Shown here: positions 28,520 through 37,267 of the stretch, piece by piece
Position numbering within the stretch: position 1 is the first letter of the stretch
Layout: each line of letters begins with the position of its first letter
Assembly (NCBI GenBank): GCA_036275535.1
Contig: DASUDP010000012.1
Coordinates: 24,314 to 88,313, forward strand
Direction of reading: 5' to 3'
DNA from: Acidimicrobiales bacterium
Lineage (GTDB): Bacteria; Actinomycetota; Acidimicrobiia; Acidimicrobiales; VFJN01
DNA length: 64,000 nucleotides
Notes under the pieces: generated by a model
Seen by the model: the letters and a program-made list of their open reading frames with translations, nothing else
Database searches by the model: none
What the model was told of the DNA's origin: nothing
Position numbers and translations under genes: made by a program

Positions 28520-29773
28520 TCAGCCGAGGGCGCCGTCCTCGAAAGGCCCGACGGCGGCCAGCACGCGCGGCCCGTCGAGCACGGCGTGCAGCACCCGGTC
28601 GACGTCCGCCGGGGTGACGGCCCGCAGCCGGGCGACGTGCTCGTCGATGGTGGTGATCGAGTCGCGCTGCATGAGGCTGCGCCCCAGCCGGCCCATGCGG
28701 CCGCCCGTGTCCTCCAGCCCGAGGAGCGTCGAGCCCTCCAGGTACCCGGCCGCCACCTCGAGCTCGCGGGGGGTGACGCCGCGCTGCAGCACCTCGGCCA
28801 CCACCCGCTCGATGACGGCCAACGCCTCGGGTGCTCGCGACGGAGCGGTGCCGCAGTACACGGTGAGGTAGCCGCTGTCGGCGTAGGAGCTGATGTGGGA
28901 GTACACGGAGTAGGCCAGCCCGCGCTCCTCGCGCACCTCTTGGAAGAGGCGGCTGGCCATCCCGCCGCCGAGGATCTGGTTGGCCACGGCCAGCGCCCAG
29001 CGGTCGTCGTCGTCGGCGGAGAGGCTGCGCCACCCGAGCGAGAGGTTGGCCTGCTCGGTGTCGTCGTGCTCGATGACGACGGTGGGCTCGAGCGGCCCCG
29101 GGGCGCTGCGGACGGGGCGCTCGCCGCCGCTGGTGTGGCCGAGCGCCTCGGTGACCGCGTCGACGACCTCCCGGTGCTCGAGCCGGCCGGCGGCGGCCAC
29201 CACCATGGCGGCGGGCCGGTACCACTGCGCGAAGAACGCCGCGATGCCGTCGCGCGTGATGGCCTCGACGCTGGCCTGGTCGCCGAGCACGTCCCGTCCC
29301 AGGGGGTGACCGGGGAACAGGGCCTCGGCCAGGACGGTGTGCACCCGGTCGTCCGGGGCGTCGAGGTTCATGAGGATCTCCTCGACGATCACCTGCCGCT
29401 CGGCCTCGACCTCGGCGGGCCGCAGGGCCGGGGCGGTGAGCACGTCACCGAGCACCTCGATGCCGAGCCCGAGGTGGGCGTGGGGCAGGCGGGCGTAGTA
29501 GGCGGTGTGCTCGCGCGAGGTGAAGGCGTTCATCTCGCCCCCCACCGCGTCGATGGCCTCGGCGATCTCGCGGGCCGAGCGGTCCTCGGTGCCCTTGAAC
29601 AGCAGGTGCTCGAGGAAGTGCGACGCCCCGGACAGCTCGGCCGGCTCGTCCCGGCCCCCGACGCGCACCCAGGCGCCGAGCGTGACCGAGCGGGCCTCTC
29701 GCATCGTCTCGGTGACGATGCGGAGACCGTTGGGGAGCTCGGTCTGCTCGACGCCTGGGTCCAGGTCAGTCAT
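28520..29773 (-). CDS. M16-family zinc peptidase (PepR-like)
   Basis: ORF 28520..30010 trimmed to ATG 29771-29773. HFLEHLLFKG (HxxEH) motif. It lies immediately downstream of pnp as in other actinobacteria. Confidence 0.9.
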   Translation of the reverse strand: MTDLDPGVEQTELPNGLRIVTETMREARSVTLGAWVRVGGRDEPAELSGASHFLEHLLFKGTEDRSAREIAEAIDAVGGEMNAFTSREHTAYYARLPHAHLGLGIEVLGDVLTAPALRPAEVEAERQVIVEEILMNLDAPDDRVHTVLAEALFPGHPLGRDVLGDQASVEAITRDGIAAFFAQWYRPAAMVVAAAGRLEHREVVDAVTEALGHTSGGERPVRSAPGPLEPTVVIEHDDTEQANLSLGWRSLSADDDDRWALAVANQILGGGMASRLFQEVREERGLAYSVYSHISSYADSGYLTVYCGTAPSRAPEALAVIERVVAEVLQRGVTPRELEVAAGYLEGSTLLGLEDTGGRMGRLGRSLMQRDSITTIDEHVARLRAVTPADVDRVLHAVLDGPRVLAAVGPFEDGALG

Positions 29774-29807
29774 GCGATCGGCACGGCTCGCCGTGCCGGG
29801 GGCTGGG

Positions 29808-32201
29808 TCAGCGCCGCCCGCGGCCGCCGCCGCTGCGCCGACCACGGTCACGCCGCTCGCCGCCGCGACCGCCACCAGTGTCGCCGCCGCCGGAGGCCGC
29901 AGGACCGAGGTCGCCGAACTCCTGGCGGACCTCGGCGTCGAAGGCGTCCTCGAACGAGACGCTCTCGCGCTCGGAGCCGCTGTCGCCGCCCCGGCCACGG
30001 TGGCCCCCACCGGAGGTGGCGCTGTCAGGGACCTCGACGGCGCCGGCCAGGCTCAGGCTCACCTTGCCGTTCGGGTCGACGTCGTCGACCTTAACCTGCA
30101 CCTCGTCGCCCAGGCTGAACACGTCCTCGACCTTGTCGATGCGCTTGCCCTGCCCGATCTTGGAGATGTGGAGCAGGCCGTCACGGCCGGGGAGGATGTT
30201 CACGAAGGCGCCGAACTTGGTGATGTTCACCACGCGGCCCGGGTACGTCTCGCCGACGTTGGCGGTGGGCGGGTTGAGGATGAGCTTGATCTGGCGCTCG
30301 GCCTCGTCGATGGCGCCCTTGTCCACGCTGCCGAGGGTCACGGTGCCGACCATGCCGTCGTCGTCGACGGAGATGTCGGCACCGGTCTCGGCCTGGATGG
30401 CGTTGATGACCTTGCCCTTCGGCCCGATGACCTCGCCGATCTTGTCGATCGGGATCTCGAAGCTGACAACCTTCGGGGCGGTCTCCCCCACCTCGGCCCG
30501 GGGCTCGGCGATGGCCTTGGCCATGATGTCGAGGATGGTGAGGCGGGCGTCCTTGGCCTGCTGGAGGGCCTGCGCCAGGACGTCGGCGGGGAGGCCGTCG
30601 ATCTTGGTGTCGAGCTGCAGGGCGGTGACGAAGTCCCGCGTGCCGGCGACCTTGAAGTCCATGTCGCCGAATGCGTCCTCGGTGCCGAGGATGTCCGTCA
30701 GCGTCGTGTACTTGCCGTCCTCGTAGATGAGGCCCATGGCGATGCCGCCGACGGGGGCCTTGATCGGCACGCCGCCGTCCATCAGGGCGAGGGTGGAGCC
30801 GCAGACCGAGCCCATCGAGGTGGAGCCGTTGGAGCTGAGCACCTCGGACACGACCCGCAGGGTGTAGGCCCACTCCTCGAGGGAGGGCACGACGGGGAGC
30901 AGCGCCCGCTCGGCGAGGAGGCCGTGGCCGATCTCGCGCCGCTTGGGGCTGCCCACCCGGCCCGTCTCGCCGTTGGCGTGGGGCGGCATGTTGTAGTGGT
31001 GCATGTAGCGCTTCTTGGGCTTGTCGCCCAGGTTGTCGAGCAGCTGGTCCATCTTCGGCATGCCGAGGGTGAGGGCGGAGAGCACCTGGGTCTCACCCCG
31101 CTGGAACAGGCCGCTGCCGTGCGCCGTCGAGAGCACGCCGACCTCGGAGGTGACGGTGCGCAGGTCGGCCGGGCCCCGGCCGTCGATGCGGACGCCCTGG
31201 TTCACCACGCGGGCCCGGATGCGCTTCTTCTGGATGCTGCGGGCCGCCTCCTTGATCTCCTTGGTGCGGCCGGCGAACTCCTCGCCCATCTCGTCGATGG
31301 CCTTGGCGATGGCGGCGTCGGTGGCGGCGTTGCGCTCGGCCTTGCCCGCGATGGTGCCGGCCTGGCCCAGGTCGTCGCCGGCGATGGCCTCGACCTTGGC
31401 GTAGACGTCGTCCTGGTAGTCGAAGACCGGGTTGAACTCGAGCGGGGTGATGCCCCGGCCGGCCTCGACCTTGGCCACGAGCTCCTTCTGCAGCTCGATG
31501 GACTCCTTGATCCAGACCTTGCAGGCCTCGAGCCCGTCGGCGATGACCTCCTCGGTCACCTTGGGGGCGCCGGCCTCGTAGTGGCTCCACGCCTTCTCGG
31601 TGCCACCGGCCTCGACCATCATGATGGCGACGTCGTCACCGACGCCCCGGCCGGCCACGATGAGCTCGAAGGTGCTGTCCTCGATCTCCTCGAAGGTCGG
31701 GTGCGGCACCCAGGTGCCGTCCTGGCTGTAGGCGATGCGCACGGCGCCGATCGGGCCCTGGAAGGGGATGCCCGAGATCATGAGCGACGCCGAGGCGCCG
31801 TTGATGGCCAGCACGTCGTAGGGGTTCTCGCGGTCGGAGCCCATGACGGTGACGACGATCTGAGTCTCGTTGCGGAAGCCGTCGGCGAACGACGGGCGCA
31901 GCGGGCGGTCGATGAGGCGGCAGGCGAGGATGGCGGCGTCGGTGGGACGGCCCTCCCGCCGGAAGAAGCTGCCGGGGATGCGCCCGGCGGCGTACATGCG
32001 CTCCTCGACGTCGACGGTGAGGGGGAAGAAGTCGATGCCCTCCCGCACGCCCTTGGCGGCGTTGGCGGTGACGAGGGCCTCGGTGCCGGCGAGGCGGGCG
32101 ACGACGGCGCCCTGGCTCTGGAAGGCGAGCTTGCCGGTCTCGAAGGACAGGGTCTTGTCGGTGCCGCTGATCGGCGCCGAAACGGTGATGGCTTCCGCCA
32201 T
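29808..32201 (-). CDS. pnp: polyribonucleotide nucleotidyltransferase (PNPase) with Arg/Gly-rich C-terminal tail
   Basis: 797 aa. Two RNase-PH domains (FFRREGRP), then KH and S1. AAGGAG Shine-Dalgarno 7 nt before the ATG. The last about 77 aa are a GGGHRGRGG...RRSGGGRGRR tail. Confidence 0.97.
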   Translation of the reverse strand: MAEAITVSAPISGTDKTLSFETGKLAFQSQGAVVARLAGTEALVTANAAKGVREGIDFFPLTVDVEERMYAAGRIPGSFFRREGRPTDAAILACRLIDRPLRPSFADGFRNETQIVVTVMGSDRENPYDVLAINGASASLMISGIPFQGPIGAVRIAYSQDGTWVPHPTFEEIEDSTFELIVAGRGVGDDVAIMMVEAGGTEKAWSHYEAGAPKVTEEVIADGLEACKVWIKESIELQKELVAKVEAGRGITPLEFNPVFDYQDDVYAKVEAIAGDDLGQAGTIAGKAERNAATDAAIAKAIDEMGEEFAGRTKEIKEAARSIQKKRIRARVVNQGVRIDGRGPADLRTVTSEVGVLSTAHGSGLFQRGETQVLSALTLGMPKMDQLLDNLGDKPKKRYMHHYNMPPHANGETGRVGSPKRREIGHGLLAERALLPVVPSLEEWAYTLRVVSEVLSSNGSTSMGSVCGSTLALMDGGVPIKAPVGGIAMGLIYEDGKYTTLTDILGTEDAFGDMDFKVAGTRDFVTALQLDTKIDGLPADVLAQALQQAKDARLTILDIMAKAIAEPRAEVGETAPKVVSFEIPIDKIGEVIGPKGKVINAIQAETGADISVDDDGMVGTVTLGSVDKGAIDEAERQIKLILNPPTANVGETYPGRVVNITKFGAFVNILPGRDGLLHISKIGQGKRIDKVEDVFSLGDEVQVKVDDVDPNGKVSLSLAGAVEVPDSATSGGGHRGRGGDSGSERESVSFEDAFDAEVRQEFGDLGPAASGGGDTGGGRGGERRDRGRRSGGGRGRR

Positions 32202-32242
32202 GTGGTGTCTCCTTGGTCAACCCCGTTGCTGGGGCCGGTTGG

Positions 32243-32329
32243 AGGCGGCGGGGCCAGTTCCCAGTTGGCAACCTCCGAGGCTCGTTCCCCGGGGATCGGC
32301 AACTGGCAGCTGACCCACCCGTGCCGCCT
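32243..32329 (-). ncRNA. long imperfect stem-loop in pnp 5' leader (candidate Actino-pnp-type autoregulatory/processing hairpin)
   Basis: On the minus-strand RNA, AGGCGGC (plus coordinates 32323-32329) pairs with GCCGCCU (32243-32249). CCAGUUG (32300-32306) pairs with CAACUGG (32261-32267). Additional GGG/CCC and CAG/CUG pairs lie between them. Hand-folded only. Confidence 0.4.
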
Positions 32330-32356
32330 GTTCGGTTGGTGCGCAGGATGCGCAGC

Positions 32357-32380
32357 GGGCGGTCCCCGAAGGGACCGCCC
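32357..32380 (-). terminator. GC-rich hairpin 11 nt after rpsO stop (terminator/attenuator candidate, no U-tract)
   Basis: GGGCGGTCCC-cgaa-GGGACCGCCC, a perfect 10-bp stem with a 4-nt loop. Confidence 0.55.
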
Positions 32381-32391
32381 GAGCAGGTCGT

Positions 32392-32664
32392 CTAGCGGCG
32401 CAGGCCCATCTTGGCGACGATGGTGCGGTAGCGCTCGACGTCGTTCTTCTTGACGTAGTCGAGGAGCCGCCGCCTGCGGCCCACCAGCATCAGCAGGCCT
32501 CGCCGGCTGTGATGGTCCTTCTTGTGCTTCTGGAGGTGCTCGTTCAGATGGTTGATCCGCTTGGTGAGGATCGCGATCTGCACCTCAGGGCTGCCGGTGT
32601 CGGTGTCGTGGAGGCGGTGCTCCGCGATGATCCCGGGCTTGGCCTTGTCGATCTGCTCGGACAT
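32392..32664 (-). CDS. rpsO: 30S ribosomal protein S15
   Basis: ORF 32392..32820 trimmed to ATG 32662-32664. [58 protein letters not shown]... 90 aa. Confidence 0.97.
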   Translation of the reverse strand: MSEQIDKAKPGIIAEHRLHDTDTGSPEVQIAILTKRINHLNEHLQKHKKDHHSRRGLLMLVGRRRRLLDYVKKNDVERYRTIVAKMGLRR

Positions 32665-32901
32665 GTGTGAGGGTGCTCCTGGTCGGAGGTGGGAACTCGG
32701 GCCCGGCTCGAGCGAGCGCTGCCGGAGGCTGGCGCATCGTCGGGCAAAGCTCCCCAGCGCGACGGTCGACGCCCACTGAGGACCCCGCCACGCTACCAGC
32801 CGCCACCCGCAGGGCCTCAATCGCCCGGTTGGCTGGGCGATCGGACCAGCACCCCGGAGAGTCCCTGCGGCACCGCCGAGAGCGGGTCTACCCTCGCCTC
32901 A

Positions 32902-35001
32902 GTGAGCCGACGCAAGCCCAACGCCGACCCGTCCACCCTGCGGGGCGTGCCCCTCGAGCACGCCGTGGAGGACTACCGCACCGCCTGCATCTCCCGGGCC
33001 ATCGACGACCGGGAGATGGCCCTGCAGAAGCAGAGCCGGGTGTTCTTCCAGATCTCCGGCGCCGGCCACGAGGCGCTGCTGCTGGCGCTGGCCCGCCACC
33101 TGCGCCCGGGCTACGACTGGTTCTTCCCCTACTACCGGGATGCGGCGCTGGCCCTCGCCCTGGGGGTGACCCCCACCGAGGTGCTGCTGCAGGCGGTCGG
33201 CTCGTCGGCCGACCCGGCCTCGGGCGGGCGCCAGATGCCGGCCCACTGGGGGGCCAAGCGCCTCAACATCGTCACGCAGTCGTCCTGCACCGGGTCGCAG
33301 TGCCTCCCCGCCGTCGGCTCCGCCGAGGCGGCCCGCTACATCTCGCGCCGCCCCGACCTCCCCGGCTGCACCGCCCAGGGTGACGAGCTCACCTACGTGT
33401 CGCTCGGCGAGGGGGCCACCTCCGAGGGCGAGTTCTGGGAGAGCCTCAACACGGCCTGCACCCTGCACCTGCCGGTGCTCTACGTGGTGGCCGACAACGG
33501 CTATGCCATCTCGGTCCCCCGGGTCGACCAGTCCCCCGCCCCCATCTCGGAGATGGTGGCGGGCTTTCGCGGGCTGCGCACCTACCAGGTCGACGCCCGG
33601 GACTACTTCGCCGCCCACGACACGGCCGCCCATGCCGTGGCCCACGTGCGGGCCGGCACGGGCCCGGCCCTCGTCCACGCCACGGTGACCCGGCCCTACT
33701 CGCACTCGGCCGCTGACACGCAGAGCAAGTACCGCAGCGCCGAGGAGCTGGCCGACGAGGCCGCCCACGACCCGATCCTGCTGCTGCGCACGGCGCTCGT
33801 GGAGGCCGGGGCCCTGACCGAAGCCGAGGCCGACCAGATCCGCACCGAGGCCGTGGCGCTGGTGGCCGAGGCGGCCAAAGAGGCGATGGCGGCCCCGCAG
33901 CCCGAGCCGGAGACCGCCACCCGGCACGTCACGGCCCTGCCCGACCGTCCCCTGCCCGAGCCGGCCGACGACACCGGTGAGGTCGTGGCCTTCGGCGAGG
34001 CCATCAAGCGCACCCTCCACGAGGTGATGGAGCGCGACGAGCGGGTTCGGGTCTTCGGCGAGGACGTCGCCGACGCCCGCGAGGATCTCCTCAACGACGT
34101 GGAGGGCAAGGGCGGCGTCTTCGGCACCACCTATGGCCTGCAACGGCGCTTCGGGGCGGCCCGGTGCTTCAACACGCCCCTGGCCGAGGCCAACATCATC
34201 GGGCGCGCCGTCGGGCAGGCCCTGCGGGGCCTGCGCCCGGCGCCGGAGATCCAGTTCTTCGACTACATCTGGCCCGCCATGCACCAGATCAAGAGCGAGG
34301 CGGCCACGATCCGCTGGCGCTCGAACGGGGCCTTCACCTGCCCGACCGTGATCCGGGTGCCGATCGGCGGCTACCTCACCGGTGGCGCCATCTGGCACAG
34401 CCAGTGCGGCGAGGCCTTCTTCACCCACATCCCGGGGCTGCTCGTCGCCTTCCCCTCCCGCGCCCGTGATGCCGCCGGTCTCCTCCGCTACGCCTTCGAG
34501 TGCGAGGACCCGGTGCTGTTCCTCGAGCACAAGCACCTGCTGCGCCAGCCGTACACGAAGGACCCGTTCCCCCCGAGCGACTGGGTGCTGCCCTTCGGTC
34601 ACGGTGACGTCCGCCGTCCGGGCACCGACGCCACCATCGTCACCTGGGGGGCGACGGTGCAAAAGAGCCTGGAGGCGGCCGCCCGGATCGAGGAGGAGGG
34701 CGGCGGCTCGATCGAGGTGATCGACCTCCGCACGCTCATCCCGTGGGACCAGGAGCTGGTCGCCGAGTCGGTCCGCCGCACGAGCCGGGCGCTCGTCGTC
34801 CACGAGGACGTCCTGACCGGTGGCTTCGGCGGCGAGGTGGCGGCGTGGATCGCCGACGAGGTCTTCGAGCACCTCGACGCCCCCGTGCGCCGGGTCGGTG
34901 CCCTCGACACGCACGTCGCCTACTCCCCCATCCTCGAGAAGGCCATCCTCCCTCAGGTCGACGACATCGCCGACGCCGCCCGGGACCTCCTCAAGTACTG
35001 A
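32902..35001 (+). CDS. fused E1 alpha/beta TPP-dependent 2-oxoacid dehydrogenase component
   Basis: ORF 32689..35001 trimmed to GTG 32902. The N-half is E1-alpha-like (GEGATSEGEFWESLN TPP motif). The C-half is E1-beta-like (FNTPLAEANIIGRAVG, transketolase C-terminal-like end). 699 aa. Confidence 0.88.
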   Translation: MSRRKPNADPSTLRGVPLEHAVEDYRTACISRAIDDREMALQKQSRVFFQISGAGHEALLLALARHLRPGYDWFFPYYRDAALALALGVTPTEVLLQAVGSSADPASGGRQMPAHWGAKRLNIVTQSSCTGSQCLPAVGSAEAARYISRRPDLPGCTAQGDELTYVSLGEGATSEGEFWESLNTACTLHLPVLYVVADNGYAISVPRVDQSPAPISEMVAGFRGLRTYQVDARDYFAAHDTAAHAVAHVRAGTGPALVHATVTRPYSHSAADTQSKYRSAEELADEAAHDPILLLRTALVEAGALTEAEADQIRTEAVALVAEAAKEAMAAPQPEPETATRHVTALPDRPLPEPADDTGEVVAFGEAIKRTLHEVMERDERVRVFGEDVADAREDLLNDVEGKGGVFGTTYGLQRRFGAARCFNTPLAEANIIGRAVGQALRGLRPAPEIQFFDYIWPAMHQIKSEAATIRWRSNGAFTCPTVIRVPIGGYLTGGAIWHSQCGEAFFTHIPGLLVAFPSRARDAAGLLRYAFECEDPVLFLEHKHLLRQPYTKDPFPPSDWVLPFGHGDVRRPGTDATIVTWGATVQKSLEAAARIEEEGGGSIEVIDLRTLIPWDQELVAESVRRTSRALVVHEDVLTGGFGGEVAAWIADEVFEHLDAPVRRVGALDTHVAYSPILEKAILPQVDDIADAARDLLKY

Positions 35002-35011
35002 CGAGACCGCG

Positions 35012-36226
35012 TCAGCGGGCGGGCAGCACCCGCCAGGTGAACCGGGGCGGGCGGTGCAGGTCCTCGACGTCGACGAAGCGCTGGCGGGGCGTGAGCTCCA
35101 GGACGAGCGCGCCGGGGGCGTACATGGCGGCGTCGATCTCGTCGACGGTGGCGTCGGTGTCGAGCCCGTGGCTGAGCCGGGCCTTGAGGACCGCGGTGCC
35201 CAGCCGGCCCTTCATCAGGGCGTGCATGATGGCCGGCATCGTCTCGGGATCCTTGAGCAGCCACGAGTGGGTGCCCTTCTCGACCACGACGAGCTCGCCG
35301 CGGGCCCGGCGGGCGGCGTCTTTGGCCGTGGCGATGGGGACGGCGAGGTCCCGGTCGCCGTGGATGGCGAAGACGGGGACCCGCTCGTGCTTCAGCCGGT
35401 CGAGCATCCAGCGGGTGCCGCGGCTGCGCAGGATCGAGGTCATCGGGCCGAGCAGGCGCCACGGCTGGCGGGCGTGACCGGCGATGGTGGGCACCACGAG
35501 CCGGCCCAGCTTCACCGCCTGGCGGGGGTCACGGAACAGCGGGACGGTGGAGATGGTGTCGGCGGCCAGCGTGGCCCCCATCCCGACGAGCAGCAGCGGG
35601 AACACCCGGAAGACGTTCACCATGCGGTCCCAGGTGTCGCCGACGATGGCGTCGAGGAGGATCACGGCGATGGCCCGGTGGGGCTCCCGGGCAGCCAGCT
35701 CGGTGACCAGGCGCCCCCCCATCGAGTGGCCGGCCAGCACGGCCTCCCGCACCCCGAGGTGGTCGAGCACCCGGGACAGCAGCTCGGCGTAGCTCTGCAT
35801 GGTCTGGGCGCTGGTCGGCAGGCCGAGGGTGCCGCCGTGGCCGGCGGTATCGACGGCGATGACCCGGAAGCCGAGGTCGACGAGGCGCGAGAGCGTCTGC
35901 GCGTACAGGATCCCCTCGGCCGAGAACCCGTGGACGACGACCAGCGGGACGCCCTGGCCGCAGACGGCCACGCCCACCTGGTGGCCGTCCTCCAGCGTGA
36001 TGAGGTGACGGGCCAGGCGGGGCAGGGTGACATCGGCCTCGTCTTCGACCGTCGGCCCGGGGCCGATCACGGGATCGGTGGCGACGGCCAGGTGGCGGAC
36101 GTTGTCGGGGCGGCCGCTGGAGGCGCCCTCGTCGTCGGCCGACCCGGCGGGCCGCACCGCGATGACCTCCCACCCGTCCTCGAGCATCTCTCCAGTCTGG
36201 CCGATCCGGGGACCGATCCCGGTCAT
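35012..36226 (-). CDS. alpha/beta-hydrolase fold protein
   Basis: Real part of ORF 35012..36703. VVVHGFSAEG and the nucleophile elbow GHSMGG. Start is either ATG 36226 or ATG 36187. Confidence 0.8.
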   Translation of the reverse strand: MTGIGPRIGQTGEMLEDGWEVIAVRPAGSADDEGASSGRPDNVRHLAVATDPVIGPGPTVEDEADVTLPRLARHLITLEDGHQVGVAVCGQGVPLVVVHGFSAEGILYAQTLSRLVDLGFRVIAVDTAGHGGTLGLPTSAQTMQSYAELLSRVLDHLGVREAVLAGHSMGGRLVTELAAREPHRAIAVILLDAIVGDTWDRMVNVFRVFPLLLVGMGATLAADTISTVPLFRDPRQAVKLGRLVVPTIAGHARQPWRLLGPMTSILRSRGTRWMLDRLKHERVPVFAIHGDRDLAVPIATAKDAARRARGELVVVEKGTHSWLLKDPETMPAIMHALMKGRLGTAVLKARLSHGLDTDATVDEIDAAMYAPGALVLELTPRQRFVDVEDLHRPPRFTWRVLPAR

Positions 36227-36242
36227 CCGGGGGATCGGCGCC

Positions 36243-37190
36243 TCAGCGGAGGGCGGCGCGGGTGTCCTCGACGTCCTGCGCGATCTGGGCGACCAGGGCA
36301 TCGACGTCCTCGAAGCGCACCTGGCCACGTAGGCGAGCGGTGAAGCGCACCCGCACGTGCTCGTCATAGAGATCCCCGGAGAAGTCGAGCACGTGGGCCT
36401 CGAGGAGGCTGGCGTGGGCCTCCTCGTAGAAGGTCGGTCGCCGGCCCAGCGACAGCGCGGCCGGGAGCACGGTGCCGTCGGCCCGCTGGAGCCATCCGGC
36501 GTAGATCCCGTCGGCCGGGAGGAGGATCTCGCCCGGCACCGACACGTTGGCCGTCGGGAAGCCGAGCTCCCGACCCCGCTTGTCGCCCTGGGCGACCAGC
36601 CCCCGCACCTCATAGGGGCGGCCCAGCATGGCCATGGCCGTGCCCAGGTCCCCGGCCACGAGGGCGTGGCGGATGGCGGTGGACGAGGCTCGGGGGCGGT
36701 CACCGGCCACCTGGCCCGCCTCGTCGACCAGGTCCATGCCCACCACCTCGAAGCCCAGCACCTCGCCTTCGCGCCGCAGCATCGCCACGTTGCCGCGTCG
36801 CTGGTGGCCGAAGTGGAAGTCCTCCCCCACGATCACGGCCCTCGTCCCCAGAGCACCCACGAGCACCTCGTGCACGAAGTCCTCGGCTGGCTCGTGGGCC
36901 CGAGCCTCGTCGAAGGTGAGGACGAGGCAGCGGTCGATCCCGGTTCCGGCCAGCAGCTCGAGCTTCTGCTCGAGGTCGGTGAGGAGCCGCGGGGCCGATT
37001 CGGGACGCACGACGGAGGCCGGGTGCCGGTCGAAGGTCACCACCACGCTGGCCAGCTCGGCGGCGGCGGCCCGCCGGCGCACCTCACCGATCACGGCCTG
37101 GTGGCCGAGGTGCACCCCGTCATAGGCCCCGATGGTGACGATGCTGCCCTCGCCGGGGCGGCAGGCCTCGACGTCGCGCAGCACCTCCAT
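36243..37190 (-). CDS. ribF: bifunctional riboflavin kinase / FMN adenylyltransferase
   Basis: ORF 36243..37646 trimmed to ATG 37188-37190. GAYDGVHLGHQ and the C-terminal kinase motif GFPTAN. Confidence 0.93.
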   Translation of the reverse strand: MEVLRDVEACRPGEGSIVTIGAYDGVHLGHQAVIGEVRRRAAAAELASVVVTFDRHPASVVRPESAPRLLTDLEQKLELLAGTGIDRCLVLTFDEARAHEPAEDFVHEVLVGALGTRAVIVGEDFHFGHQRRGNVAMLRREGEVLGFEVVGMDLVDEAGQVAGDRPRASSTAIRHALVAGDLGTAMAMLGRPYEVRGLVAQGDKRGRELGFPTANVSVPGEILLPADGIYAGWLQRADGTVLPAALSLGRRPTFYEEAHASLLEAHVLDFSGDLYDEHVRVRFTARLRGQVRFEDVDALVAQIAQDVEDTRAALR

Positions 37191-37267
37191 GGCCGTGACA
37201 CTAGGAGGCGGGGGTGCCGTCGGCCGAGTCGACGCCTGCCGCCCCCTCGACCACGGACCGGGGTGCG

